This document shows, in pieces, positions 12,454 through 23,689 of a stretch of DNA of 64,000 nt (within the stretch, counting starts at the first letter, position 1; each line of letters begins with the position of its first letter). The translations under genes were made by a program, and so were the position numbers. Source of the DNA: Octopus bimaculoides (lineage: Eukaryota); assembly GCF_001194135.2 (NCBI RefSeq), contig NC_068994.1:20547225-20611224 (forward strand). Reading direction: 5' to 3'. Below the pieces are notes generated by a model. It saw only the letters and a list, made by a program, of their open reading frames with translations, did no database searches and was not told where the DNA came from.

Positions 12454-14498
12454 TATTATTCAGTTCACTGCCTGGAATCAAACTCGGAATCTTGGGGTTA
12501 GTAGCCTGTGCTCTTAACCACTACGTTATATACCCGTGAGTAATTATGGAGTGAATTTTAGGGCTTATAAATCTATTTTCCTATCCTTCCTTAATACCGG
12601 TTCCCACATGCTGTTCATATCTGCACTCGGTCTGCTTAGGAGGTTGTTGTGTCCTAGCATATGTGCTGCTTCTTTTAGTTTTCGCATTTTCCAGTAGTGT
12701 TCTCTGTCTATTATTTTAACTTCATCCCACAGGGGGAGGTGGTCTCCATTTTCCCATGCGTGATCAGCTATACCCGATTTATCAATATCTCCTCATGTCA
12801 CAGTTTTGCGATGTTCATCTACCCTTATTTTGAGGGGGCAACATGTTTCACCTTTGAATAACCTACCACAGCAGCATGGGATGAAGTACACGCAGTCTTT
12901 GGTCATATTCTCTTCTATTGGTGGTTTTACCTGAAGGAGATATTTGCGAAGTGTTGTATTACTCTTGAATACTGTCCTGATGTCATATGAGATGCATATC
13001 TTTTGTATCTTTTTGGAGAGGCCTTTCACATAGGGTAGACAGACTGTGGACAGTTTATTGGCTTCATCTTCTCTTTTCTTCATAATTGGAACGGATAGTA
13101 TGTTTTTGGGGTAGTTGTAGCCTAATAGAATGTTTTTGAGCTTGATCATTTCTTTGTGGTGTGTATCACGATTGCTACTTATATTCTTCACTCGATGTTT
13201 TAGGCACTGAGCAGTCCCTCTCTTTACACTGTATGGATGGTGGGAATTGAAGTTGAGGTATCGTCCAGTGAAGATCAGCTTGCAGTATATGGATGTCCTG
13301 AATCCATACTTGGTGCGTGTTATTAATACGTCCAGGAATGCTAGCTGATTGTCTTTTTCTTTTTCCATTGTAAACTTTATGGCCCTACTAGGAAGATGTC
13401 CAAATGCTGTTAGATCATGAGAACTCAATAAAGCCATCCATACAGTTCACAATGGAAAAGGAAAAAGACAATCAGCTAGCATTCCTGGACGTATTAATAA
13501 CACGCACCAAGTATGGATTCAGGACATCCATATACTGCAAGCTGATCTTCACTGGACGATACCTCAACTTCAATTCCCACCATCCATACAGTGNNNNNNN
13601 NNNNNNNNNNNNNNNNNNNNNNNNNNNNNNNNNNNNNNNNNNNNNNNNNNNNNNNNNNNNNNNNNNNNNNNNNNNNNNNNNNNNNNNNNNNNNNNNNNNN
13701 NNNNNNNNNNNNNNNNNNNNNNNNNNNNNNNNNNNNNNNNNNNNNNNNNNNNNNNNNNNNNNNNNNNNNNNNNNNNNNNNNNNNNNNNNNNNNNNNNNNN
13801 NNNNNNNNNNNNNNNNNNNNNNNNNNNNNNNNNNNNNNNNNNNNNNNNNNNNNNNNNNNNNNNNNNNNNNNNNNNNNNNNNNNNNNNNNNNNNNNNNNNN
13901 NNNNNNNNNNNNNNNNNNNNNNNNNNNNNNNNNNNNNNNNNNNNNNNNNNNNNTTCCAATTATGAAGAAAAGAGAGGATGAAGCCAATAAACTGTCCACA
14001 GTCTGTCTATCCTATGTGAAAAGCCTCTCCAAAAAGATACAAAAGATATGCATCTCATATGACATCAGGACAGTATTCAAGAGTAATACAACACTTCGCA
14101 AATATCTCCTTCGGGTAAAACCACCAATAGAAGAGAATATGACCAAAGATTGCATGTACTCCATCCTATGTAGCTGTGGTAGGTTATACAAAGGTGAAAC
14201 ATGTTGCCCCCTCAAAATAAGGGTAGAGGAACATGAGGAGATATTGATAAATCAGGTATAGCTAATCATGTATGGAAAAAATGAAGACTACCTCCCCCTG
14301 TGGGAGGAAGTTAAGATAATAGACAGAGAACACCACTGGAAAATACGAAAACTAAAAGAAACAGCACATATTCTAGGACATAATAACCTCCTAAGCAGAT
14401 TGAGTGCAGATATGAGTAGCATATGGGAACTGGTATTAAGGAAGGATAGGAAAATATTAGATTTATAAGCCCTAAAATTCACTCCATAATTGCACACA

Positions 14499-14570
14499 GG
14501 CATATAGCATAGTGGTTAAGAGCGCTGGCTACTAAACCCCAAGATTCCGAGTTTGATTCCAGGCAGTGAA
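14499..14570 (+). other. tRNA-derived Pol III promoter-like segment in the Penelope 3' UTR (mirror copy at 12464-12535, minus)
   Basis: A-box TAGTGGTTAAG at 14510-14520 and B-box-like GTTTGATTCC at 14551-14560, followed by (AAT)n. The acceptor stem is not intact, so this is not a functional tRNA. Confidence 0.65.
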
Positions 14571-14636
14571 CTGAATAATAATAATAACATTGAAAAATAC
14601 CTTATGAATGAGAACCCAGGTTCGAAATTTCCACAA

Positions 14637-14682
14637 GACACCTGATGAAGGCTGGAGAGTATATCAGCCAAAACGTTGTGTT
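14637..14682 (+). ncRNA. Minimal type I hammerhead ribozyme motif (right arm; G12 changed to A)
   Basis: GACAC-CUGAUGA-A-GGCUG(gagaguauau)CAGCC-AAAAC-GUU-GUGUU. Stem I is GACAC/GUGUU, stem II is 5 bp, and stem III is the palindrome AACGUU. Confidence 0.7.
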
Positions 14683-16346
14683 AACAACAAACAAGATCAG
14701 GACAAATATCTGTCAAATGTAAATAGTGTAAATAATGTACATAATTCCTCATCTCTTAAATTATTACCATCACTGCCACCACCATTTTGATAGCTGTCTT
14801 TCTATAATAAACCAACATGAACATAGCTGTATCAACAATTATCATCACCACCAAAACCATTGTTACCATCTCAACCTTGTTAATGATGAAAATGAGGAGG
14901 AAGAGGATATATATATATATATATATATATCACTTCTAACATCATCTAATTTAAGGGACACAGCCTTCTTTTTATACCTCCCTTATCAACCATTACCTGA
15001 ATCAGTCAACAAGGAAGTCTCTAAATGGTTGCTCTACCTGTTAGAAACACCACCCAAATTTTCCTTTAAATCATACCCTACTTATTTAAACAAGAGACAG
15101 ATGAGATCCACATACTCCTAAAAATGATCGTGGTTGGAATGCCACTGATCCTGGATCTGCTCAGTCAGGACTAAGCAATAGCAACCATACTCCAATTAGT
15201 GATGGAGTCTGAAACACTGTTCAGTGATGATCTGAAGGATTGTAATTGTAAGTTGCTGAAGTTTCTGCCGGAAATGGCTCTCATCTTGGTATCTCTCAAT
15301 TGTAAACTGCAGAATGCACCTATTATTAGATGTAGCAATTAGGTAAGATGTAGAAAATTCATACTGATGCTAAAATACTGGCTTAATGACCAGAGCAAGA
15401 TGTTATTGTTTTTGATATTACTGTTGATTTGACAATGACTGCAGATTTTATATTTTCAGAAATTAAAAAAAATAACAACTAGTAATAATATTGCAACTCA
15501 GCTGGTTGAGACAACTGACATCTCTCACATGCAGTGTCTTTTTTATACTCCATTATGGAAAAGAAAAAAAAAAGAACTGTTTTCATCCTACAATTTCTAA
15601 CTACAGTTAAATGAAAGCCTAGAAGAAATAAGTAAGTATTATTGTCAAGAATGTGACAAGTGAATCCAAAGATTCAGTTTTTAGTAATGTGACAGTACTA
15701 ATAATAAATAACAGAAGTGAGACTTAGATCATTTTGATAACAGAAAAGATATAATCAACTGAACTGAGCTCACAAACTTTAGAAGTATGAAAAAGCAGAA
15801 TTAACCTATGTTAGATTTCTATCTAGAATTTAAAAGCATGGAACTAAACAATGAGCAATCTAAATCAAATATTTCATTCTTTCTGTCCTCACATGTCATA
15901 ATAAATAACAGTAATATTGTGTGGGGATGAGCTTGTCAAAAAATGTTTCCTCTGCATGTCATAAAAGGTAACTAAAAGAGGCTGAGGTAGGATTTGAACT
16001 CCAACCTCATAAAACAATCGCCAACAACAACTACCCAAAAACAAGGGTTGGAGGGTTGTCACCTGAGTGGTGCAAAGATGTCATTTGCCAAGAGTAGGGA
16101 ATCACCAACAAATGGTGGATGTAGCAACACACTGTTACAGCACATTCCCCCATACTACTACTATTACTGAGTATTAGGTTCAATAACTTACTTATTAGAT
16201 CCAATACTACTGAGTGTTAGATCCAATAACTTATACCATCCTCTCCTTCGCAAATAAATAGTATCTGATATCTAAGGAAAACATCTCTAAGAGTAATTAT
16301 GCAAAAAAATGACAATTACAAAAATATAAAGATTTTAAGAACAAAC

Positions 16347-17064
16347 CTTTTGAACAGTTTTTCTTTGATCAGTTGCTGTATTGTTAACAGAGTCAAGTCC
16401 AAGGGATTGACTACCATCTGATACAACACTAAGAGTTCTAGAAGTTTCTAACACTTCACTTTGTTGACTAACATGTGGTGAAGTTGATGGCAAATTGTCC
16501 TCACTTTTTTGTTCTACTGGATGCTCTTGCTGTTGCTCACTTTGTTGTTCTTCATTTTCTTGTTGCTGTGGTGATAATGGTTGCTGATATTGCTCACTTC
16601 CTTGTTCATCTTGTTGCTGTGATGATTGTTGTTGTTCATCTTGTTGCTGTAATGAATGCTTTCGTTCATCCTGTCGCTTGCTTTCATGTTCTTCATTTTC
16701 TTGTTGCTGTAATGGTGGCTGTTGCTGCTCACTTTGGTGTTCTTCATCTTTGTGCTGCTGTAATGATTGTTCTTGTTGCTTGCTTTGTTGTTCTTCAACG
16801 TCTTGTTGTGAGGATGGCTGCTGACATTCACCTTGTTGTTGTTTTTGTTGCTGTGGTGATGGCTGTTGTTGCTCACTTAGTTGTTCTTCATCTTCTTGCT
16901 TATGTGATGATGATGGTTGTTGTTGTTGTTGTTGTTGTTGTTGTTCTGGTTGAGGTTTTCTTAGCAAGTTGTCAGCTCGTAGTTCAGAATTGTAAGGATG
17001 TTGAACACATGCTAGAAGAATAATAGTGAGGATATCGGCTGACTGTAACTCATAAGCACTGTTG
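16347..17064 (-). CDS. HPS1: HPS1 coding exon 6: conserved NSAYELQSADILTIILLA followed by about 200 aa of Q/E/S-rich repeats
   Basis: Acceptor TTCCAACAG|, donor AAG|GTTTGT, 718 nt open frame, phase 2-0. The N-terminal part matches human SASSLRPADLLALILLV. Confidence 0.88.
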
Positions 17065-17902
17065 CTGTTGGAATAAACAAAACATGGGCTTTAATCTTTC
17101 AATGTTTGCTAGTCATTAGGTAAAACATACACTTCGTTTTGGCTGCCCTAACTAATCTTCAAAGCTTAGCCTAAACAAAATCAAAAAGTCTTCCACATGG
17201 AGTTAAGCAATGGCTATTATAATTTTTTGTGACTCTAGAAGATCAAGTGGAACACAGTAAAATGGGCATAATATGCCTGACTATGACACTGTCCTCTATA
17301 GAACCTATTATTACATAACACTGGTATACATTATGACATACATGTGTTTGATTGTGTGGAATTGAGTGTAAGTCTATTTGGTTTCAGAAATTATGGCATA
17401 AAAAGGTAACAAAAACAGTTACTGAGAGGAGATAAAAGCCAAGTGTCTCTATAAGATAAGATACTGAGCCACAAATTGCACAGTTGCACTATGTACACAG
17501 TTGCACAAGTTGCACTATGTAAAAGTTAGCATATCATAACAGCTAAGGAAATAACATTTCTATTTTTAAATTGCTTGGTGTGGAAGATGGAGCTGTGCCC
17601 TTTCACAGGTCCTCAAAAATCAATGAGATCAATACAGCTGATGCTCTACACTACATCACTGCTACAACCATAGTAACGATCATAGAAATTATATTACTCT
17701 GGTTATCTCAGTCTACCTATTTTCTGGTTGAGAGATTAATTGTAAGACAAGAAATCCAATAGAATATATATATATGGCTCCAAATCTGAATTTTCAAAAT
17801 TAAAAAATAAATGTAAAGAAAACCATTTCACTTATTCCAGCATAAAAAATATATATAAAAAAAAATGTTTCAAAATAAAAAAAAAGTGTAAAAAAAACAT
17901 AC

Positions 17903-18054
17903 CTGGAATAAAGAGAAAGGAGCTTACCATGCACCAAAAGAAGTGCATGGTTGTTACTTATAGAAGAAACTGAACTGACTTTTTTCACAACCATTTCGAG
18001 AAGTTCTAAAGATTTCTCATTAACCACAGAGTTTACATACAACTGTTCAACTGC
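17903..18054 (-). CDS. HPS1: HPS1 coding exon 5 (AVEQLYVNSVVNEKSLELLEMVVKKVSSVSSISNNHALLLVHGKLLSLYS)
   Basis: Acceptor TTTTTTCAG|, donor CAG|GTATGT, 152 nt, phase 0-2. HALLLVHGKLLSLYS matches human HAFLLVHSKLLAFYS. Confidence 0.93.
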
Positions 18055-18075
18055 CTGAAAAAAGAGATGATGAAG

Positions 18076-18146
<71 letters not shown>
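18076..18146. repeat. (AAT)n microsatellite just upstream of the exon 5 acceptor
   Basis: Seen directly. Confidence 0.95.
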
Positions 18147-19117
18147 CATCCTTTCTACTATAGGAACAAGGCCTAAAATTTTGGGGGATGAGTGCTAGTT
18201 GATTGCATTGACAACCCCAATGCTCAACTGGTACTTATTTTACAACCTCACAAAGATGAAAGGCAAAGTCAACCTTGATGGAATTTGGACAAAAAGTGGG
18301 AGGAAATGTCACTAAGCATTTTGCCCAGAATGTTAACAATTCAGCCAGCTTGCCATCTTATTGATAGTAATGATAATGCAGGTGCGATTCATTACCTAAG
18401 TAAAAAGATATTTAATTGCAAGGAAGAGATATAATTGATTAAATTGACACAGAATGTATTTAGCATTTAATTAATCCCTTCAAGGAATGTAAAGCAAAGT
18501 TTACCTCAGCAAGATTTGAGCTCAGAACTTAGGGAGACAAAGCTAAATACTTCCGAGTATTTAATCTGATAATATACATGTCAGGACATTTGTGAATTTC
18601 TCAACAGAATTAGCAATGTATAAAAAGCAAAAATTGCTAAATTTAGTAAATTAAGTAACAAATTCAGCTTACTAGAATACTTTTACCTTACAGTACAGAT
18701 TGCATCAGCAAAACATCAAACTGAAATTATGTTGGCATCTTATATCATGTTAATGCACTAGATAATACATTGGGTCTCTATTGTACCTACTATGCTTCTA
18801 AGTTTTGAGCCAAATCTTTCAGCTTTGTTTATTGTCTCTACCATCCTGTTTTTAGCATTCAACAATAGTGCTACCTACTTTTACTTTCATGTCTCTCACT
18901 TCAAGGTCTTTTCTCCTAAAAAACAGTTGAAACTAAGCTGTCTAGACCTATATATGTAAATCATTTCAGGAGTACCTATTTTCAAATAAATCCAGTTTTG
19001 TCTCTGTTTCTTTTATGTTTGTACAAGCATTACAGTTTGTATAAGCATTACTTTCCTGGAGAATTATGATAATGAGAAAAGAATTGAAAGATTGACTCTG
19101 TTATTTAAGTGACATAC

Positions 19118-19226
19118 CTCCATTAGAAAGGACTGCTCTTCTTGGACAAGGTGGCACCATGTCCTGAGAATTTGTGTTAAATAATTCTGTCTTTCTCTTT
19201 GTTCATGCAATCTTTTTGGTTTTATT
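19118..19226 (-). CDS. HPS1: HPS1 coding exon 4 (IKPKRLHEQRERQNYLTQILRTWCHLVQEEQSFLME)
   Basis: Acceptor TTTTTCATAG|, donor GAG|GTATGT, 109 nt, phase 2-0. Matches human LRPPDL...LWTYSRLREQEQCFAVE. Confidence 0.92.
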
Positions 19227-19609
19227 CTATGAAAAAGGATTGAAGAAGAAATTAAATTGAATGAAATTCTAATGTAGAAATTTTCAGACATTTTCTTACA
19301 AGTTAGTCACTGGTACTTTAGATTTCCCAAATCAATATCCTTCCCTTTTTAACTCATTTTGTGTACACATTCCTCATCTTTTCATTGTCCCAAAATATTT
19401 ATTAAACAATTTATTATTTGTTTTCTCCTTATAACTGCTTCTTTTAATAATTATCTTCACCTGCCCATTTTTTAAAGCATTGCCCACAACAATTTCTTCC
19501 AGTTATTCCTGTCCAAGAGTCTAGCATAATTTCAAAAAGCCTCAACACCACCATCCTACTGCCTCCCCCAACCCATCCTGGCCTAACTAATGTGTATGTG
19601 TGGGGGGAT

Positions 19610-19646
<37 letters not shown>

Positions 19647-19714
19647 AACACCTAACCATCTAGCTAGGAAACCAATACTTTATTTATTTCAATATCTAGT
19701 ATAGATCACAGAGA

Positions 19715-21010
19715 AAGTCATGGCCCAATTGATCCATGGTAGAATAGACCTGGATGAGATGCAGTTTGGGTTTTCCCCAGAAGAAGCCTCTTAGATGCAG
19801 TCTTTCTATTGAAGCAACAAAAGGGGAAAAACCTGGCTAAAAATAAACTGTTGCACCTGGCTTTCATTGATTTGAAGAAAGCATTTAACTGGGTACTACA
19901 TTCAGTAATCTGGTGAGCTCTGAGGAAACTAGGTGTAGATGAATGGCTTGTGAGGGTGATTCAAGCTATGCACAAGGATGCAGTATGTAAAGAGAGAGTT
20001 GGCAATGACTTTAGTAATGAATTTAGTATGATAGGAGATCACAGTCTTACAAGCCATCATTGAGGAGTTTCAGACTGGCTGTCCAGTGCTCATGATCATG
20101 TTCACATAGCAGAATCTAGCGAAATTAGAGAAAGAATTTCAGGCATGGAAGCTAAATCTGGAATTGAGAGGCCTTAATGTAAACCTTGCAAAAAATGAAG
20201 GTTTTAGCAAGTAAGAAAGAAGACAAGAGCCCAGCACCTTCAGGGAAATGGCTTTGCACAGTATACATAAAAGGGGTAGGTATAAATTCAATATGCTGTA
20301 CTCAATGTAAGTTATGGACACACAAAAAAATGTAGTGGAATCGCCAGCAGACTATCCAAGATTGTAAGCTTTGTATGTGATAGTAGATGCACTGGAGCAA
20401 TGTGTATGTGCACACTGGAAATTGAGTCTCTTGATTGTCCAGATGACTCATTAGAAGTAGTTGGTAGTTTTTGTTACTTAGGAATGTAATTAGTAAGGGA
20501 GGTAGGTGTTCTGGAAGTAAAGTAGTAAGAACTGTTTGGAGAAAATTTAGGGAGCTACTACTCCTGTTGACAATAAAGATCTCTTCGCAAAGGGCAGATT
20601 GTATGATGCTCGTGTTAAAACCACAATGCTGCATGGTTGTAAGACATGGGTCTTGAATGTAATGGACTTGAGATGACTGGAAAGAAATGAGGTGAGTATG
20701 CACCATTGAATGTGCAATGTGAGTGTGCAGGAAAGAATTAGGTACTGAGTAAAAAAACTGGGCATAAGGGGAATCAGATGTAGTGCTCAAGAAAGAAGAA
20801 TGCACTGGTATTGACATGTGATGTATATGGATGAGGATAGTCATATAAAGAAGTGCTGGTCACTTAATGTGGTTGGAATTTCCCAGGAAAGGGAAACCCA
20901 GGAATACATGGAATGAAGCAGTGAAAGCTGACATCAGGACCTTGAGCTTCATAGAAGAGACGTCAAAGGACCAGTATCTCAAGCAATTTGAGATTCTTGA
21001 AAAGACTCAT
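19715..21010 (+). mobile_element. RTE LINE, RT to 3' end, decayed
   Basis: QFGF..., LAFIDLKKAF, GRLYDARVKTTMLHG..TW, with a CxxC/CTQCKLWTH segment. Confidence 0.8.
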
Positions 21011-21062
21011 CCTCCTGTTTGCAACTGAGTTCTGGAAATGCTAAGTTTCACTGAGGAGGACA

Positions 21063-22370
21063 AATCATCATCATCATCATTGTTTAATGTCTGTTTTCCA
21101 TGCTGGTATAGGTTGGACGGTTTGACTGGGGACTGGCAAGCCAGGGGGCTGCACCAGGCTCCAATCTGATCTGGCAATGTTTCTACAGCTGGATGCCCTT
21201 CCTAACGCCAACCACTCCGAGAGTGTAGTGGGTGTTTTTTATGTGCCACCGGCATGGGAGCCAGTCAGGTGGCACTGGCACTGGCCATGTATGGAGGGTG
21301 CTTTTTACATGCCACCAGCACAGGAGGCACTGGCAACGACCACATTCAGATGGTGTTTTTTACGTGCCACCGGCATGGAGAGCCAGACAAGCGGCACTGG
21401 CAATGAACCACGTATGAATGGTGCTTATTGCATGCCACCAGCATGGGATCCGGTCAGGCAGCACTGGCAACAGCCACAACTACAATTTCCATTTGACTGT
21501 GATGTGATTTGATTTTGATTTACTTGACTCAATAGGTCTCCTCAAGCACGGCATGTCACCCAACGATCCAAAAGTACTTTTTAGTGGGCTGGTTATGCGA
21601 CACAGGTGTAGGCTACGACTGTGATCTCTCTTTACTTACCAGGTCTTCTCAATCATAGAATATCTCCAGAGGTCTCGGTCTTTCATCATTGCTTTATCTA
21701 CCAGGGCGCTGTCTATTCGGATAGCTGGTCCCTCTACTGGGTCAACATTTGGGATGTTCTCCTCCTCCCATTCATTCTCCACATTCAGCAACCTTTCATA
21801 ATGGCTTCTCCAAGCCTCTTTCTTTGCAGAATCATTAAAAGCAAGTGCACCATCATCCATGCGGACACATTTCTCTCCTGTGACATGACAATTTTCTCTT
21901 ATACACTGTCTTGCAATCTGAAATACTTCAGTTCTTGGGTCCTCATGTCACTGAACATTGGCAAACTACTTCTTTTCTGCTTCTCCCTTGGCTATGTATA
22001 CTTGTCGCCCAGTCTCCCTTCTGGCTATCTGGTACAGTTCCCTGTTACCCTCGTTCTTCCAGGCCTGTTTCTTTGCTCTAATGGCCTTGTCTACCGTATT
22101 ATTTCATCACCATGTTACCCTAGGTCTGTAAGGGACTTTGCACCAGCTGCAGATTTGGTCTGTGGCACTCAGTAAGATGTTCCGTAGGAATTTCCAGCTA
22201 CCCTCTATGTCCGAAGTCTGTAGCTCCTCCTCCCTATCATCAAATTTCTCAATGAGGATGTCCCTAAATCTCTGACCATGTGAAGGGTTCTTTAGCTTCC
22301 AAATCCTTCTTTTCTGGATTGGTTTGCTTCTTGGCATCCTTCTGGCCTCAAATCTAAAGTCACTAATAAG
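21063..22370 (-). mobile_element. RTE LINE copy lacking the RT domain, with an expanded 3' UTR repeat array
   Basis: Post-endonuclease linker (...EGPAIRIDSALVDKA) is fused to the terminal peptide MMKDRDLWRY; (GAT)n tail at 21063-21082. Confidence 0.75.
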
Positions 22371-23689
22371 CATTACCGGGGTTGCAAATATAAGTAAGTA
22401 AATCAATAAAGATAGATAAAGGAGAATATGGATAGCAATATGCCAATGTTAGATTAAGTAGGTGGGCAGCTAAACTAGTTGCATTTGTCCCGGGGAGAGA
22501 GAAGGAAAAGGAATTGCAGGTATGGTAGAGGATACCTCCAGTGACGGAGGGGGTTTCCGGAGAGAGAAGAGAGGAACAAGCACATCCAGACACACACACG
22601 CACACACACAAAGAACAAGCACGTGCATGCACACACACACACACACACACACAGAAGATGAGCACGCACACAGACAAGAACAAGCATGCGCGCATGCGTG
22701 CACACACACACACACACACACACACAGAAACAAGCACACACGTACAACCCATTAGCTTTCTCTTTCCACTTCAATATGTCCTTGGATGTTACCAAGTAGT
22801 TTGTTGACAAACTTCGAGTCAAGATGAAAGATAGTTGGTGGACAGCTAAACTAGTTGCGTTTGTCCTGGGAGAGAGAGATTAGGAAGTTATATATTGAGG
22901 GCCAATTTAAATAATCAGTTTACGAAACTAAATATTAGTAAATAATACATTTAAAAAGTATTAATGATGAATGAATGTATGAAAGATCGAAAATCGAGAG
23001 AATAGCTTAGAAATGCATAACTGGGCGTCTGGNNNNNNNNNNGGGTGCACCGCGAACAAGCAAGGTTTAATTTAGAGAGATGGCACAAAAAATATGTAGC
23101 CAGCTTGAGAACACAGGAGGGAAGGAGAGATTTAGAAAATTAGATGAAGAATTAAGGAGAAATGAAAGCTGGGAGAGAGAGATTAGGAAGTTATATATTG
23201 AGGGCCAATTTAAATAATCAGTTTACGAAACTAAATATTAGTAAATAATACATTTAAAAAGTATTAATGATGAATGAATGTATGAAAGATCGAAAATCGA
23301 GAGAATAGCTTAGAAATGCATAACTGGGCGTCTGGGACCATCAACGTTGGAAAGAATTGCATGTAAAAAGGAAGGAAGCATGTGAGTGAAGTGTTTTATA
23401 GATATGCAATGGTCAGAAGTGAGCATTATGAAAGGGCGCTCTCTCCCTTAGTCGAAGACAATAGCAATAGCAATGATAGGAGCAGAGAATAGCACAAGAA
23501 GCCATAGTGAGTGGGAAGGACCAAGAAGATAGTACGAAAAATATTTAGCCAACATGAAACACGGAGGGAATAAGCAAGGTTTAATTTGGAGAGATGGCAC
23601 AAAAAATATGTAGCCAGCTTGAGAATACAGGAGGGAAGGAGAGATTAAATTTAGAAAAATACATGAAGTATTTGCAAGAACCTCTATCA

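Larger units (their letters stand above)
12260..14746. mobile_element. Penelope-like retroelement, two 5'-truncated copies head-to-head (RT thumb, GIY-YIG region and 3' UTR)
   Basis: Both arms encode IxFTMEKEKDNQLAFLDVLI...TGRYLNFNSHHP...CLPYVKGLS...VY.IPC.CG..YxGET. Left arm is on minus (12260-13380), right arm on plus (13381-14746). The 3' UTRs are also mutually inverted. Confidence 0.9.

Noticed and set aside
14499-14570. Functional tRNA gene
   Set aside because: No complementary acceptor stem; treated as tRNA-derived. The same applies to the SINE heads.
12260-14746. Whole Penelope inversion as an assembly artefact
   Set aside because: The outer and middle arms differ by many substitutions and indels. 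Only the innermost 140 nt remains open to doubt.
16475-17023. 182-aa hydrophobic plus-strand ORF and 120-aa N/H-rich ORF
   Set aside because: These are shadow frames of the CAA-rich HPS1 exon 6.
21230-21480. CRISPR-like spaced repeat array
   Set aside because: The units are a degenerate tandem repeat in an RTE 3' UTR with no unique spacers, in a eukaryotic context.
22363-22822. Five overlapping ORFs
   Set aside because: They are readings of a CA/TG microsatellite.
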